From positions 20-64,019 of the forward strand of contig CALWKG010000001.1 in assembly GCA_944381205.1 (NCBI GenBank): a stretch of DNA of 64,000 nucleotides, read 5' to 3'. The DNA comes from an uncultured Clostridia bacterium (GTDB lineage: Bacteria > Bacillota > Clostridia > Christensenellales > UBA1242). A program made the position numbers and the translations under genes. Shown here in pieces: positions 28,606-37,009 of the stretch. The first letter of the stretch is position 1. Every line of letters starts with the position of its first letter. Under the pieces are notes generated by a model that was not told where the DNA came from, made no database searches, and saw only the letters and a program-made list of their open reading frames with translations.

Positions 28606-30718
28606 CATAGTTTTAATAGGAAATCCAAATGTAGGTAAAACAACTTTTTATAATTTTTTAACTAAAAGTTTTGAACATACTGGTAACTGGCACGGGGTAA
28701 CAGTCGATAAAAAGCAAAAGAAATTTAATTTTGAGGGAAAGACTTTTAATATAATTGATATGCCGGGGGTTTATTCACTTTCAAGTTTTAGTTTTGAAGA
28801 ACAAGTGACAATAAACGAACTTTTAAATAAAGATTCTACAATTTTAAATATTTGTGATGCTAATGTACTACGCAGAAATTTGTATTTAACTGTTCAATTA
28901 ATTGAAATGGGGAAAACCCCTATTTTATTTTTGAATTTTGATAAAGAAATAAAAAATAAAGGAACTATTTATGACTATGATAAGTTATCAAAACTATTAA
29001 ACCTACAGATAATCTTAAATAACAAATTAGTCAAAACAAATTTAATTGATAAAATTAATCAAAATAACAAATTTTCTGGAACAAATATGGCATATTTTGA
29101 TAAATTGCCTATCTGTGAAATTTTAAATATTTTGACAAAAAAACAGATAGGAAAATTTAGTTTTGTAAAAAAAGAATTTATTGCAATAAAAATTTTAGAA
29201 AACGATGAAAATATAATAAAAGAGTTAAAATTATCTGAACAACAAGAAAAAAAGATGAAATTGGTCATTTCTAGGAAAGACTATGTCCAATATATAGCGG
29301 AATTAAGATATAATTATATAGATGAAATAATTACACAAGTAACCATAAAATCTAAATCACTAATTTATGGTAAATACAAAATCGATAATATAATTTTAAA
29401 TAAATTTTTTGCTATTCCAATTTTGTTTATTTTATTATTTTTAATCTTTTTTTTAACTTTTTCAAGTCTTGGGGCGTATTTGTCTGATTTGTTGAAAAAT
29501 TTAATTGATGTTATAATTGGTGTGCCTATAATAAAGTTTTTAACTTATATTAATGCGCCTATATGGATAATTGATTTATTTAGCAATGGCATTATTGCAG
29601 GTGTGGGTGGGTTGTTTAGTTTTATACCGCAAATAGTAATTTTATTTCTGTTTTTATCATTGTTAGAAGAAAGTGGCTATATGTCAAGACTGGCATTTTT
29701 ATTTGAAGATGTTTTTTATAAATTTGGACTGAGTGGAAAAAGTATTTTTACTATCCTTATGAGTTTTGGTTGTACAACAAGTGCGGTGTTAACATCTAGA
29801 AATATTGAAGATAAAAATACAAAAATCAAAACTGCAATGATTAGCCCTTATATGAGTTGTAGCGCAAAAATACCCATATATGCAGTTATTGGTGGTGCAT
29901 TTTTTGGGAAGGGAAATATATTTGTAATAATTTTATTGTATGTTATAGGAATTATAGTTGGATTAGTTGTTGCGAATATTCTTAGTAAAACAATTTTAAA
30001 AAGCGATACAAATGCTTTTATTCTGGAATTTCCGCCATATAGAATTCCAAAATTTAAACAAATATTACTTGTTATTTATCAAAATTGTAAATCTTTCGTT
30101 ATAAAAGTTTCTACGATATTACTGTCTTTTAGTATTATTGTGTGGGTTTTACAAAATTTCAGTTTTAGTTTTACCTATTTGCCGAATGATAGTTCGGGTG
30201 AAAGTATGTTAAAAACTATTGGAGAAGCCATATCAGTTATTTTTAGACCAATAGGACTAGATAACTGGGGAATTGTTGTTAGTTTAATTGTGGGTGTTAT
30301 GGCAAAGGAAATGGTTGTAGGAACTATGGCTATTATCAATGGTTTGCCTAGTGGTGTTAATTTTGATAAAACTTTGGGATTAAGTCTAATTACTAGTGGA
30401 TATATAATAAATTTTTCACCACTAACTGCTTTAATAATGATGATTTTTAGTTTACTTTATTTACCATGTATATCAACTATTGCAGTTTTAAAGAAAGAAA
30501 TAGGTTTTAAGTATACATTAATTGCTTGTGTTATTCAATTTTTTATTGCATATTTTATTTGTTTTGTTATTTATCAAATCGCTGTTGGTAATATTGTGTC
30601 AAAAATAATAATTAGTTTGTTAGTAATAGTAGGGGTATTGATAATTTTTATTACCAGTTACAAATTAAATAAAAAAGGTTGCATATACGACTGTAAAAAC
30701 TGTAAAAAACATTGCTAA
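28598..30718 (+). CDS. feoB: ferrous iron transporter FeoB
   Basis: 706 aa with an N-terminal G-domain (GNPNVGKTTFYN, DMPG) and a polytopic membrane domain. The C-terminal tail is Cys-rich (CIYDCKNCKKHC). Confidence 0.95.
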   Translation: MRDIVLIGNPNVGKTTFYNFLTKSFEHTGNWHGVTVDKKQKKFNFEGKTFNIIDMPGVYSLSSFSFEEQVTINELLNKDSTILNICDANVLRRNLYLTVQLIEMGKTPILFLNFDKEIKNKGTIYDYDKLSKLLNLQIILNNKLVKTNLIDKINQNNKFSGTNMAYFDKLPICEILNILTKKQIGKFSFVKKEFIAIKILENDENIIKELKLSEQQEKKMKLVISRKDYVQYIAELRYNYIDEIITQVTIKSKSLIYGKYKIDNIILNKFFAIPILFILLFLIFFLTFSSLGAYLSDLLKNLIDVIIGVPIIKFLTYINAPIWIIDLFSNGIIAGVGGLFSFIPQIVILFLFLSLLEESGYMSRLAFLFEDVFYKFGLSGKSIFTILMSFGCTTSAVLTSRNIEDKNTKIKTAMISPYMSCSAKIPIYAVIGGAFFGKGNIFVIILLYVIGIIVGLVVANILSKTILKSDTNAFILEFPPYRIPKFKQILLVIYQNCKSFVIKVSTILLSFSIIVWVLQNFSFSFTYLPNDSSGESMLKTIGEAISVIFRPIGLDNWGIVVSLIVGVMAKEMVVGTMAIINGLPSGVNFDKTLGLSLITSGYIINFSPLTALIMMIFSLLYLPCISTIAVLKKEIGFKYTLIACVIQFFIAYFICFVIYQIAVGNIVSKIIISLLVIVGVLIIFITSYKLNKKGCIYDCKNCKKHC

Positions 30719-30759
30719 AAAAATATTATTATGTTAAAATTTTTTAGCGAGGAAAGTAT

Positions 30760-32091
30760 ATGAATCCGTTAGTTGCGATAGTTGGTAGACCTAATGTTGG
30801 CAAAAGTACTTTTTTTAATAAAGTTTGTGGTAAACGAATAAGTATTGTTGACGATATAGCGGGTGTTACCAGAGATAGAATTTATGGAGATGCGGTATGG
30901 TGTGAAAACTATTTTACACTAATAGATACTGGCGGACTTGATTTTGACAGTAAAGGTGAAATTGAGCAAAATATTTTGTCACAAGCCCAAATAGCCATTG
31001 ACCTTGCAGATGTAATATTGTTTTTTGTAGATGGGAAGCAAGGTTTGGTTGGGGCTGATAAGCAAGTTGCAGATTATTTAATAAAGAATACGAAAAAAGA
31101 TATACTCGTCGTTGTTAACAAGTTAGATAATTTTAATTTAGATAGTTTATATGAATTTTATGAGTTAGGCTTTTCAAGAGTGTTTCCTATATCTGCGGAA
31201 CAGGGTAAGGGGTTAGGTGAATTACTAGATGAAATTGTTGGTTGTTTTAAAAACAAAAATTTAGATTTAACAAAATCCCCTAATGCGACAAAAATTGCCA
31301 TAGTGGGAAAACCTAATGCAGGAAAAAGCAGTTTAATTAATAAATTATTAAATGAAAATCGTCTTGTTGTTAGTAAAATTGCGGGAACTACCAGAGATGC
31401 CATTGACACTCCTTTTAAATACGATGGTGAAGATTATATTTTAATTGATACTGCTGGAATGAGAAAGAAGAGTCTAATAGATAAGGCAACTATTGAAAGA
31501 TATAGTATTTTACGTACAATAGAGGCTATTAAGCGCGCTGATATTGTAATAACAATGGTAGATATAAGCGAGGGTATAACAGAACAAGATGTAAAGATTA
31601 TAGGTTTTGTTCACGACCAAATGAAGCCAAATTTAGTTTTGCTTAATAAATGGGACTTAATTTCAGATAAAGATGATAGAACGATTAACAAGTTTACTAG
31701 ACAACTAGACGAAGATTTAAAGTTTATGGATTATTACATTCCTTTATTCATATCTGTTAAAACTGGTCAAAGAGTAAACAAAATTATGGAGGAAGTAAAG
31801 CGAATTCGTCAAAATGCGTCAAAAAGAATAACAACAGGGCAACTTAATGACATAATTCAAGGCGCTATTAATTATAAACAACCCCCTAGCAAAAATGGGC
31901 AAAGGCTAAAAATATTTTATGCTACGCAAACAGGTGTTAATCCCCCTAATTTTGTTTTGTTTGTAAACGATAAAAACTTGATGCATTTTTCATATTTAAG
32001 ATATTTAGAAAATAATATTAGAAAGGCCGTTGATTTTAGAGGGACTCCAATAAATATCGTGATTAAAAATCGTTCTGAAAAGGAAGAATAG
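30760..32091 (+). CDS. der: ribosome biogenesis GTPase Der (EngA)
   Basis: 443 aa with tandem G-domains (GRPNVGKST, GKPNAGKSS) and a KH-like C-terminus. Confidence 0.95.
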   Translation: MNPLVAIVGRPNVGKSTFFNKVCGKRISIVDDIAGVTRDRIYGDAVWCENYFTLIDTGGLDFDSKGEIEQNILSQAQIAIDLADVILFFVDGKQGLVGADKQVADYLIKNTKKDILVVVNKLDNFNLDSLYEFYELGFSRVFPISAEQGKGLGELLDEIVGCFKNKNLDLTKSPNATKIAIVGKPNAGKSSLINKLLNENRLVVSKIAGTTRDAIDTPFKYDGEDYILIDTAGMRKKSLIDKATIERYSILRTIEAIKRADIVITMVDISEGITEQDVKIIGFVHDQMKPNLVLLNKWDLISDKDDRTINKFTRQLDEDLKFMDYYIPLFISVKTGQRVNKIMEEVKRIRQNASKRITTGQLNDIIQGAINYKQPPSKNGQRLKIFYATQTGVNPPNFVLFVNDKNLMHFSYLRYLENNIRKAVDFRGTPINIVIKNRSEKEE

Positions 32092-32095
32092 ATAT

Positions 32096-32803
32096 ATGGA
32101 GTGGTGGAAATTTTTAATTTTAATCATAGGGTCTTATTTAATAGGCAATATTTTCTTCGCAAGAATAATCAGTAAGGCAAAACATTATGATATTAACAAA
32201 AAGGGCAGCGGAAATCCGGGGACAATGAATGTTTTAAGAAATCTTGGTTTTGGTATGGGATTATTGACCCTTGTTTTAGATATGTTAAAGGGGATTATTC
32301 CTGCTATTGTAGGATTTTATTTGTTTGGTGGGCAATCCGCTGGCATAAATGCCTATATAGGATTATTTACGGGCGGGCTTTCGGCTCTTGTCGGGAATAT
32401 ATTTCCGATTTTTTATAGATTTAAAGGTGGTAAAGGTGCTGCGGTAGTTTATGGAATGTACTGTGTGGCTAATCCTATTCTTGGTATAATTATTTTTGTA
32501 GGTGGATTTATCTTTTTATTAATATTTGATTATGCTTCTCTTGTGTCATTTTTTATGATAACAATTTTCACTATTTTTGAGGCATATTCATTGGGAATTC
32601 TAACTGGAAATGGGAATATAATCCTTAGTTGCCTATTGTTTGCAATTTTCTTTTTAGTCTTTTTTGCTCATAGACAAAATATTTTTAGACTTCTTACGGG
32701 AAAAGAGAACAAGGTAAATTTTAAAGAAAAAATTCAAAGATTAAATAAGCGAAAATTAACAAAAGACCAAAAAAATGAGATAAAACAAAAAGAGATTGGT
32801 TAG
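32096..32803 (+). CDS. plsY: glycerol-3-phosphate acyltransferase PlsY
   Basis: 235 aa and polytopic, containing GSGNPGTMNVLR and FKGGKGAA. Confidence 0.9.
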   Translation: MEWWKFLILIIGSYLIGNIFFARIISKAKHYDINKKGSGNPGTMNVLRNLGFGMGLLTLVLDMLKGIIPAIVGFYLFGGQSAGINAYIGLFTGGLSALVGNIFPIFYRFKGGKGAAVVYGMYCVANPILGIIIFVGGFIFLLIFDYASLVSFFMITIFTIFEAYSLGILTGNGNIILSCLLFAIFFLVFFAHRQNIFRLLTGKENKVNFKEKIQRLNKRKLTKDQKNEIKQKEIG

Positions 32804-32852
32804 TATTAGACAAAAATCACAAAATATTTGCAAGAATTTTGACGAAAAATCC

Positions 32853-32881
32853 TCATATATGCAATTTATGTTGCATATATT
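32853..32881 (+). promoter_or_regulatory. candidate sigma-E promoter for spoIVA (embedded in the hairpin arms)
   Basis: TCATATA (32853-32859), a 14-nt spacer, and CATATATT (32874-32881), compared with the sigma-E consensus TCATATT-N14-CATACAnT. It lies about 50 nt upstream of the spoIVA ATG. Confidence 0.5.
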
Positions 32882-32887
32882 TTTTTT
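32855..32887 (+). terminator. AT-rich hairpin plus T7; candidate plsY terminator
   Basis: ATATATGCAA / TTGCATATAT is a perfect 10-bp stem with a 6-nt loop, followed by T7, about 50 nt after the plsY stop. Confidence 0.55.
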
Positions 32888-32930
32888 AAGTAACGCATAA
32901 TGCAGGCGTTTAAAAATTTGGAGGAATAAA

Positions 32931-34406
32931 ATGGACTCATATAAAATTTATGAAGATATTGCCGTACGTACTAATGGAGATATTTACTTGGGTGTGGTTG
33001 GCCCAGTTAGGTGCGGTAAATCAACCTTTATAACAAATTTCATTAATCAAATGGTTTTGCCTAATATAAAAAATGAATTTGATAAAACAAGAACGGTTGA
33101 TGAATTGCCACAAAGTGCAGAGGGAAAAACCATTATGACTACTCAACCTAGGTTTGTCCCAAAAGATGCTGTAAGTATTAAAGTTGACAATGTGGACCTA
33201 AAAATTAGGTTAGTTGATTGTGTGGGGTATACTGTTACAGGGGCAGAGGGAATGTATGAGAATAACTCACCGAGGCTTATAAAAACTCCTTGGAGTGAAG
33301 ATGCTATGCCTTTTGAAGAAGCAGCGGAACTTGGGACTAAAAAAGTTATAAAAGACCACTCTACTATTGCTGTTATGATGACAACAGATGGAAGTTTTGG
33401 GGATATTGCAAGAAAAAATTTCATTACAGCGGAAGAACAAACTATTAGAGAACTAAAAGATGCAAAAAAACCTTTTGTTGTTGTCTTAAATACCACAAAG
33501 CCAGATGATGACGATACAATAAATTTATGCAAGGAATTGGAAGAAAAATATTTATGCAGTGTTATTCCAATAAATGTTTTATTAATGAACAAAGATAACA
33601 TTGTTAAGGTTTTTGACGAAATTTTAAAATCATTCCCACTAAACTCGCTAAGAATAAAAATGCCAAGATGGATTCAAGCACTTGATTTTGAAAACGAATT
33701 AATCCAAGAAATTGTAAAAGAAGCAAAAAATATTGTTAGCGAAACAAATAAAATTGGGGAAATTAACAACAACACAAAATCTTTTGTAAGTAGCAGTAAT
33801 TTTGATGAAGTGACTTTAAGTAGTATAGATATGGGGAATGGCTTTGCATACTTAGAAATAGTGCCTAAGGAGAGTTTATTTTATACAGTGCTTTCAAATG
33901 AGTGCGGGCAAGAAATTAAAAGTGATTTTGATTTAATTAGTTTAGTAAAAAATTTGTCTTATGCAAAAAGTAAGTATGACAAAATTAAGGACGCGTTGGA
34001 ACAGGTTGAACAAGATGGATATGGGGTGGTTAGTCCTAAAATGGAAGAAATGACGTTAGAAGAACCAGAGATAGTAAAGCAAGGTTCTAGATATGGTGTT
34101 AGATTAAAAGCAAGTGCACCTAGTTTGCATATTATGAGAGTAGATGTGGAAACAGAAATTTGTCCTGTGGTTGGCTCTGAACAACAAAGTGAAGACATTG
34201 TCAAGTATTTACTAGAAGAATTTGAAAATAATAAAAATGGAATTTGGGAAACGAATATGTTTGGAAAGAGTTTACACAATCTTGTAAATGAAGGACTTAA
34301 TAAGAAAATTTTACAGATGCCAGTTGAAGCTCAGAAGAAAATGCGTAAAACTTTAAGTAGAATTGTTAATGAAGGAAAGGGCGGTATTATTTGTATATTA
34401 TTATGA
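32931..34406 (+). CDS. spoIVA: stage IV sporulation protein A
   Basis: 491 aa. It opens IYEDIAVRTNGDIYLGVVGPVRCGKSTFI (Walker A) and ends GKGGIICILL. Confidence 0.95.
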   Translation: MDSYKIYEDIAVRTNGDIYLGVVGPVRCGKSTFITNFINQMVLPNIKNEFDKTRTVDELPQSAEGKTIMTTQPRFVPKDAVSIKVDNVDLKIRLVDCVGYTVTGAEGMYENNSPRLIKTPWSEDAMPFEEAAELGTKKVIKDHSTIAVMMTTDGSFGDIARKNFITAEEQTIRELKDAKKPFVVVLNTTKPDDDDTINLCKELEEKYLCSVIPINVLLMNKDNIVKVFDEILKSFPLNSLRIKMPRWIQALDFENELIQEIVKEAKNIVSETNKIGEINNNTKSFVSSSNFDEVTLSSIDMGNGFAYLEIVPKESLFYTVLSNECGQEIKSDFDLISLVKNLSYAKSKYDKIKDALEQVEQDGYGVVSPKMEEMTLEEPEIVKQGSRYGVRLKASAPSLHIMRVDVETEICPVVGSEQQSEDIVKYLLEEFENNKNGIWETNMFGKSLHNLVNEGLNKKILQMPVEAQKKMRKTLSRIVNEGKGGIICILL

Positions 34407-34534
34407 AAATAAACTTAGGATAAAATTTTAAAAAAAGTTCTAAATATATCTTGTTTACTTTGTATAGATTAAAAACATTTTCAATTTTTAAAGTTTATTT
34501 TCTTTGAAATATCGGATTATATTGGGACTGTTAG

Positions 34535-34568
34535 AAAAAAATCACACATTTAAATGTGTGATTTTTTT
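34535..34568. terminator. bidirectional terminator between spoIVA and the DUF378 gene
   Basis: A6, then ATCACACATTTAAATGTGTGAT (a perfect palindromic stem), then T6. Confidence 0.8.
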
Positions 34569-34787
34569 CTAATCTCTATTCCAAAGAGAAATTTTGCCGT
34601 GATTAATTATAGGGGCGATGATAAGCCATAAAGCACTTAAACCTACAAGAATATATATTATTGTTTCTAAAACTGGGACACCGCCAAAAATTGCTGTAAC
34701 AAAATTCCAGGAAAAAATTCCTATAAGTAACCAATTTAGTCCGCCTATTAAAAGAATAATCCACGCAATAATATTAATAATCCTCAT
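34569..34787 (-). CDS. DUF378 (YuzA-like) small membrane protein
   Basis: 72 aa with two TMs and the motif IGGLNWLLIG. The RBS AGGAGG is well placed. Confidence 0.8.
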   Translation of the reverse strand: MRIINIIAWIILLIGGLNWLLIGIFSWNFVTAIFGGVPVLETIIYILVGLSALWLIIAPIINHGKISLWNRD

Positions 34788-34951
34788 AATTTTCCTCCTT
34801 TTTTTTAGTTTGTTATTTTTTTCTTATTTTATGCTTATATTCCTATAAAATTTGTTTTAAAGTTTTTATGAATTATTTTATTTTACATATAAAAAAATAG
34901 ATTTTTTATCTAATTATTTTTATTAATAAAATACTTTATTTTATTGTCAAA

Positions 34952-34980
34952 TTGCACAAAAATACAAAAAAATATATAAA
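34952..34980 (+). promoter_or_regulatory. candidate sigma-A promoter of the dcw (mraZ) operon
   Basis: TTGCAC at 34952-34957, a 17-nt spacer, and TATAAA at 34975-34980. Confidence 0.45.
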
Positions 34981-35007
34981 AGTGGTTAAAAGTGGTTGGA
35001 AGTGGTT
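34981..35007 (+). promoter_or_regulatory. MraZ operator: three direct AGTGGTT boxes with exact 10-bp phasing
   Basis: AGTGGTT occurs at 34981-34987, 34991-34997 and 35001-35007 (aAAAGTGGTTaaAAGTGGTTggAAGTGGTTaa). The array lies immediately downstream of the -10 and about 45 nt upstream of mraZ. Confidence 0.75.
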
Positions 35008-35053
35008 AAAAATAGTGCTAAAATTACAATCGTATAAGGGAGGGGTATGTAAA

Positions 35054-35479
35054 TTGTTCTTAGGTGAGTATGAATACAAAATAGACAATAAGAACAGGTT
35101 TAGATTACCATCAAGGTTTAAAAAAGATGTTGAGGGTAATTTGATTTTGACCAAGGGTAATGATGGTTGTATCTTTGTGCTTACTAATAACGAGTTTGAT
35201 GAACTGATAAAAAAGTCAAAAGAGTTACCAATGTTTGATAGCAATCTGCAAAAACCACTTAGGTTATTGTTTGCTTCTGCTAGTGAATTGGAAGAAGACA
35301 ATCAGGGGAGGTACCTTCTTCCAAATAACTTAAAATCATACGCAAACATTGATAAAGAAGTTGTCTTTGTTGGAGTTGGGACAAGGATTGAAATGTGGGC
35401 AAAAGAAAAATGGGAAAACTATTCCGAAGGAAGCAATTTTGATGAACTTTCTAAGGAGTTGAGTGACTATGGAATTTAA
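35054..35479 (+). CDS. mraZ: transcriptional regulator MraZ
   Basis: The start is reassigned to TTG 35054, giving (M)FLGEYEYKIDNKNRFRLPS, 8 nt after GGGAGGGG. The tracked ORF start at 34952 would translate the operator. Confidence 0.9.
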   Translation: MFLGEYEYKIDNKNRFRLPSRFKKDVEGNLILTKGNDGCIFVLTNNEFDELIKKSKELPMFDSNLQKPLRLLFASASELEEDNQGRYLLPNNLKSYANIDKEVVFVGVGTRIEMWAKEKWENYSEGSNFDELSKELSDYGI

Positions 35480-36407
35480 ACATATTCCAATTATGGTCTC
35501 GCAGTGCTTAGATGGACTTAACATAAAAAAAAATGGTGTATATGTTGATGCTACTCTTGGTGGAGCAGGACATTCAAGTAAAATTGCAGATATTTTAGAT
35601 AAAGATGGAATTTTAATCGGCATAGATAAGGATTTAGATGCAATACAAGCAAGCAAGATTAGATTAAAAGATAAAGTTTGCAAAGTGATTTTGATAAAAG
35701 ATGATTTCAAAAATATTAAGCAAATTTTAAAAGACCTAGAAATAAAAAAAGTAGACGGAATATTGGCTGACCTTGGAGTTTCTAGTTATCAAATTGATGA
35801 GGCTTCTCGCGGGTTTAGTTATATGAAAGATGGCGACCTTGATATGCGTATGGATAAGAATAGTGTTTTAGATGCTAAGAAAGTTGTAAATAATTATTCA
35901 GAAAAAGAACTTACAAGAATTTTTTACGAGTATGGCGAAGAAAAATATTCAAAATCTATTGCAAAAAAAATTGTAGAGTACCGAAAAATCAAACCAATTG
36001 CAACAACATTAGAGTTAAGGCAAATAGTTGAACAAAGTATACCTAATGTTGTGATTAAAAAAAATGGGGCAGGAGTGTCAAAAAAAGTATTTCAGTCAAT
36101 AAGAATAGAAGTAAACAATGAGTTAGGTTCTTTAAGAGATTTATTAGATGATTTTATTGATGTTCTGAAACCAAAGGGTAGGATTTGTATAATAACATTT
36201 CACTCGTTAGAAGATAGGTTAGTTAAAAATAAGTTTAATTTAGAAAGTAGAGATTGTATTTGTGATAAGTCATTACCTATATGTGTTTGCAATCACAAGG
36301 CTACAATTAAATTGATAACGAAAAAACCAATTACACCTAACGAAAGAGAGATAAAAGAAAATCCAAGAAGTAGTTCAAGTAAATTAAGAATTGCGGAAAA
36401 AATATAA
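35469..36407 (+). CDS. rsmH: 16S rRNA (cytosine1402-N4)-methyltransferase RsmH
   Basis: It contains HIPIMVSQCL, DATLGGAGHS, DLGVSSYQID and SSKLRI. I prefer ATG 35469, 10 nt after AAGGAG, over GTG 35463. Confidence 0.92.
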   Translation: MEFKHIPIMVSQCLDGLNIKKNGVYVDATLGGAGHSSKIADILDKDGILIGIDKDLDAIQASKIRLKDKVCKVILIKDDFKNIKQILKDLEIKKVDGILADLGVSSYQIDEASRGFSYMKDGDLDMRMDKNSVLDAKKVVNNYSEKELTRIFYEYGEEKYSKSIAKKIVEYRKIKPIATTLELRQIVEQSIPNVVIKKNGAGVSKKVFQSIRIEVNNELGSLRDLLDDFIDVLKPKGRICIITFHSLEDRLVKNKFNLESRDCICDKSLPICVCNHKATIKLITKKPITPNEREIKENPRSSSSKLRIAEKI

Positions 36408-36423
36408 AATTTAGGAGGGAAAA

Positions 36424-36987
36424 ATGGAAACAAAATCTAGAAATGAAATTTTGTTAGAAGAAAAAGTAGATAAAATTGATGACATAAATTTTGATAAGAT
36501 TTATAATATTGATGAGATTTCTAACGTAAATTTAAATAATTTTGATGACAATATTGTTGTAAATAGATCGTCTTCCGACAAAAAACAAGATGAAAGTTTT
36601 TCCATTGAAATTCAGCCTAATGAATTTTTGGATACTTTTAAAATGGGACAAGAAGCAAATGTTATGGCTAGAAAAAAAGAAAAGGTAAATAATAAGGCTT
36701 TAATTTTTACTTTTACTTCTATTATGGCATTACTTTGCATATTATTTATATATAATATGTTTGTTATAAATTCGTTGTCTTTTACAGCGGGGCAAGCATC
36801 TGCTACTAATGGGTTTATATCTTCTACTATACAGGAAACACAAGAAAATAATAATATTACTTTTGCCAATTCAAATAAAATTGAAATTGAAAGATATGAT
36901 TCAGATATAAACGAAAACGATTTGCAATCAAATTGGTTTGACAATATCATTGATGGGCTTAACAAACTATTTGGAGGTAAATATTAA
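36424..36987 (+). CDS. FtsL-position bitopic membrane protein (divergent FtsL-like)
   Basis: 187 aa with a single TM (ALIFTFTSIMALLCILFIYNMFVI) and a good RBS (AGGAGGG). The assignment rests on its position between rsmH and the PBP. Sequence similarity to FtsL is not evident by eye. Confidence 0.55.
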   Translation: METKSRNEILLEEKVDKIDDINFDKIYNIDEISNVNLNNFDDNIVVNRSSSDKKQDESFSIEIQPNEFLDTFKMGQEANVMARKKEKVNNKALIFTFTSIMALLCILFIYNMFVINSLSFTAGQASATNGFISSTIQETQENNNITFANSNKIEIERYDSDINENDLQSNWFDNIIDGLNKLFGGKY

Positions 36988-37009
36988 TATAAAAGTAGAA
37001 TATTCAACT

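Noticed and set aside
30670-30718. The Cys-rich C-terminal tail of FeoB (CIYDCKNCKKHC) might be a novelty.
   Set aside because: As far as I recall, Cys-rich C-termini are common in FeoB proteins, so this is not distinctive.
34952-35053. The tracked mraZ ORF has an N-terminal extension. Similar extensions occur for thiI (7251), the PBP (36938), ftsA (22604), sigG (27391), pta (62236), the patatin-like gene (63256) and the small protein at 20781.
   Set aside because: The extensions overlap upstream genes or operators and lack an RBS. Internal starts have proper SD spacing and match the conserved N-termini of the families.
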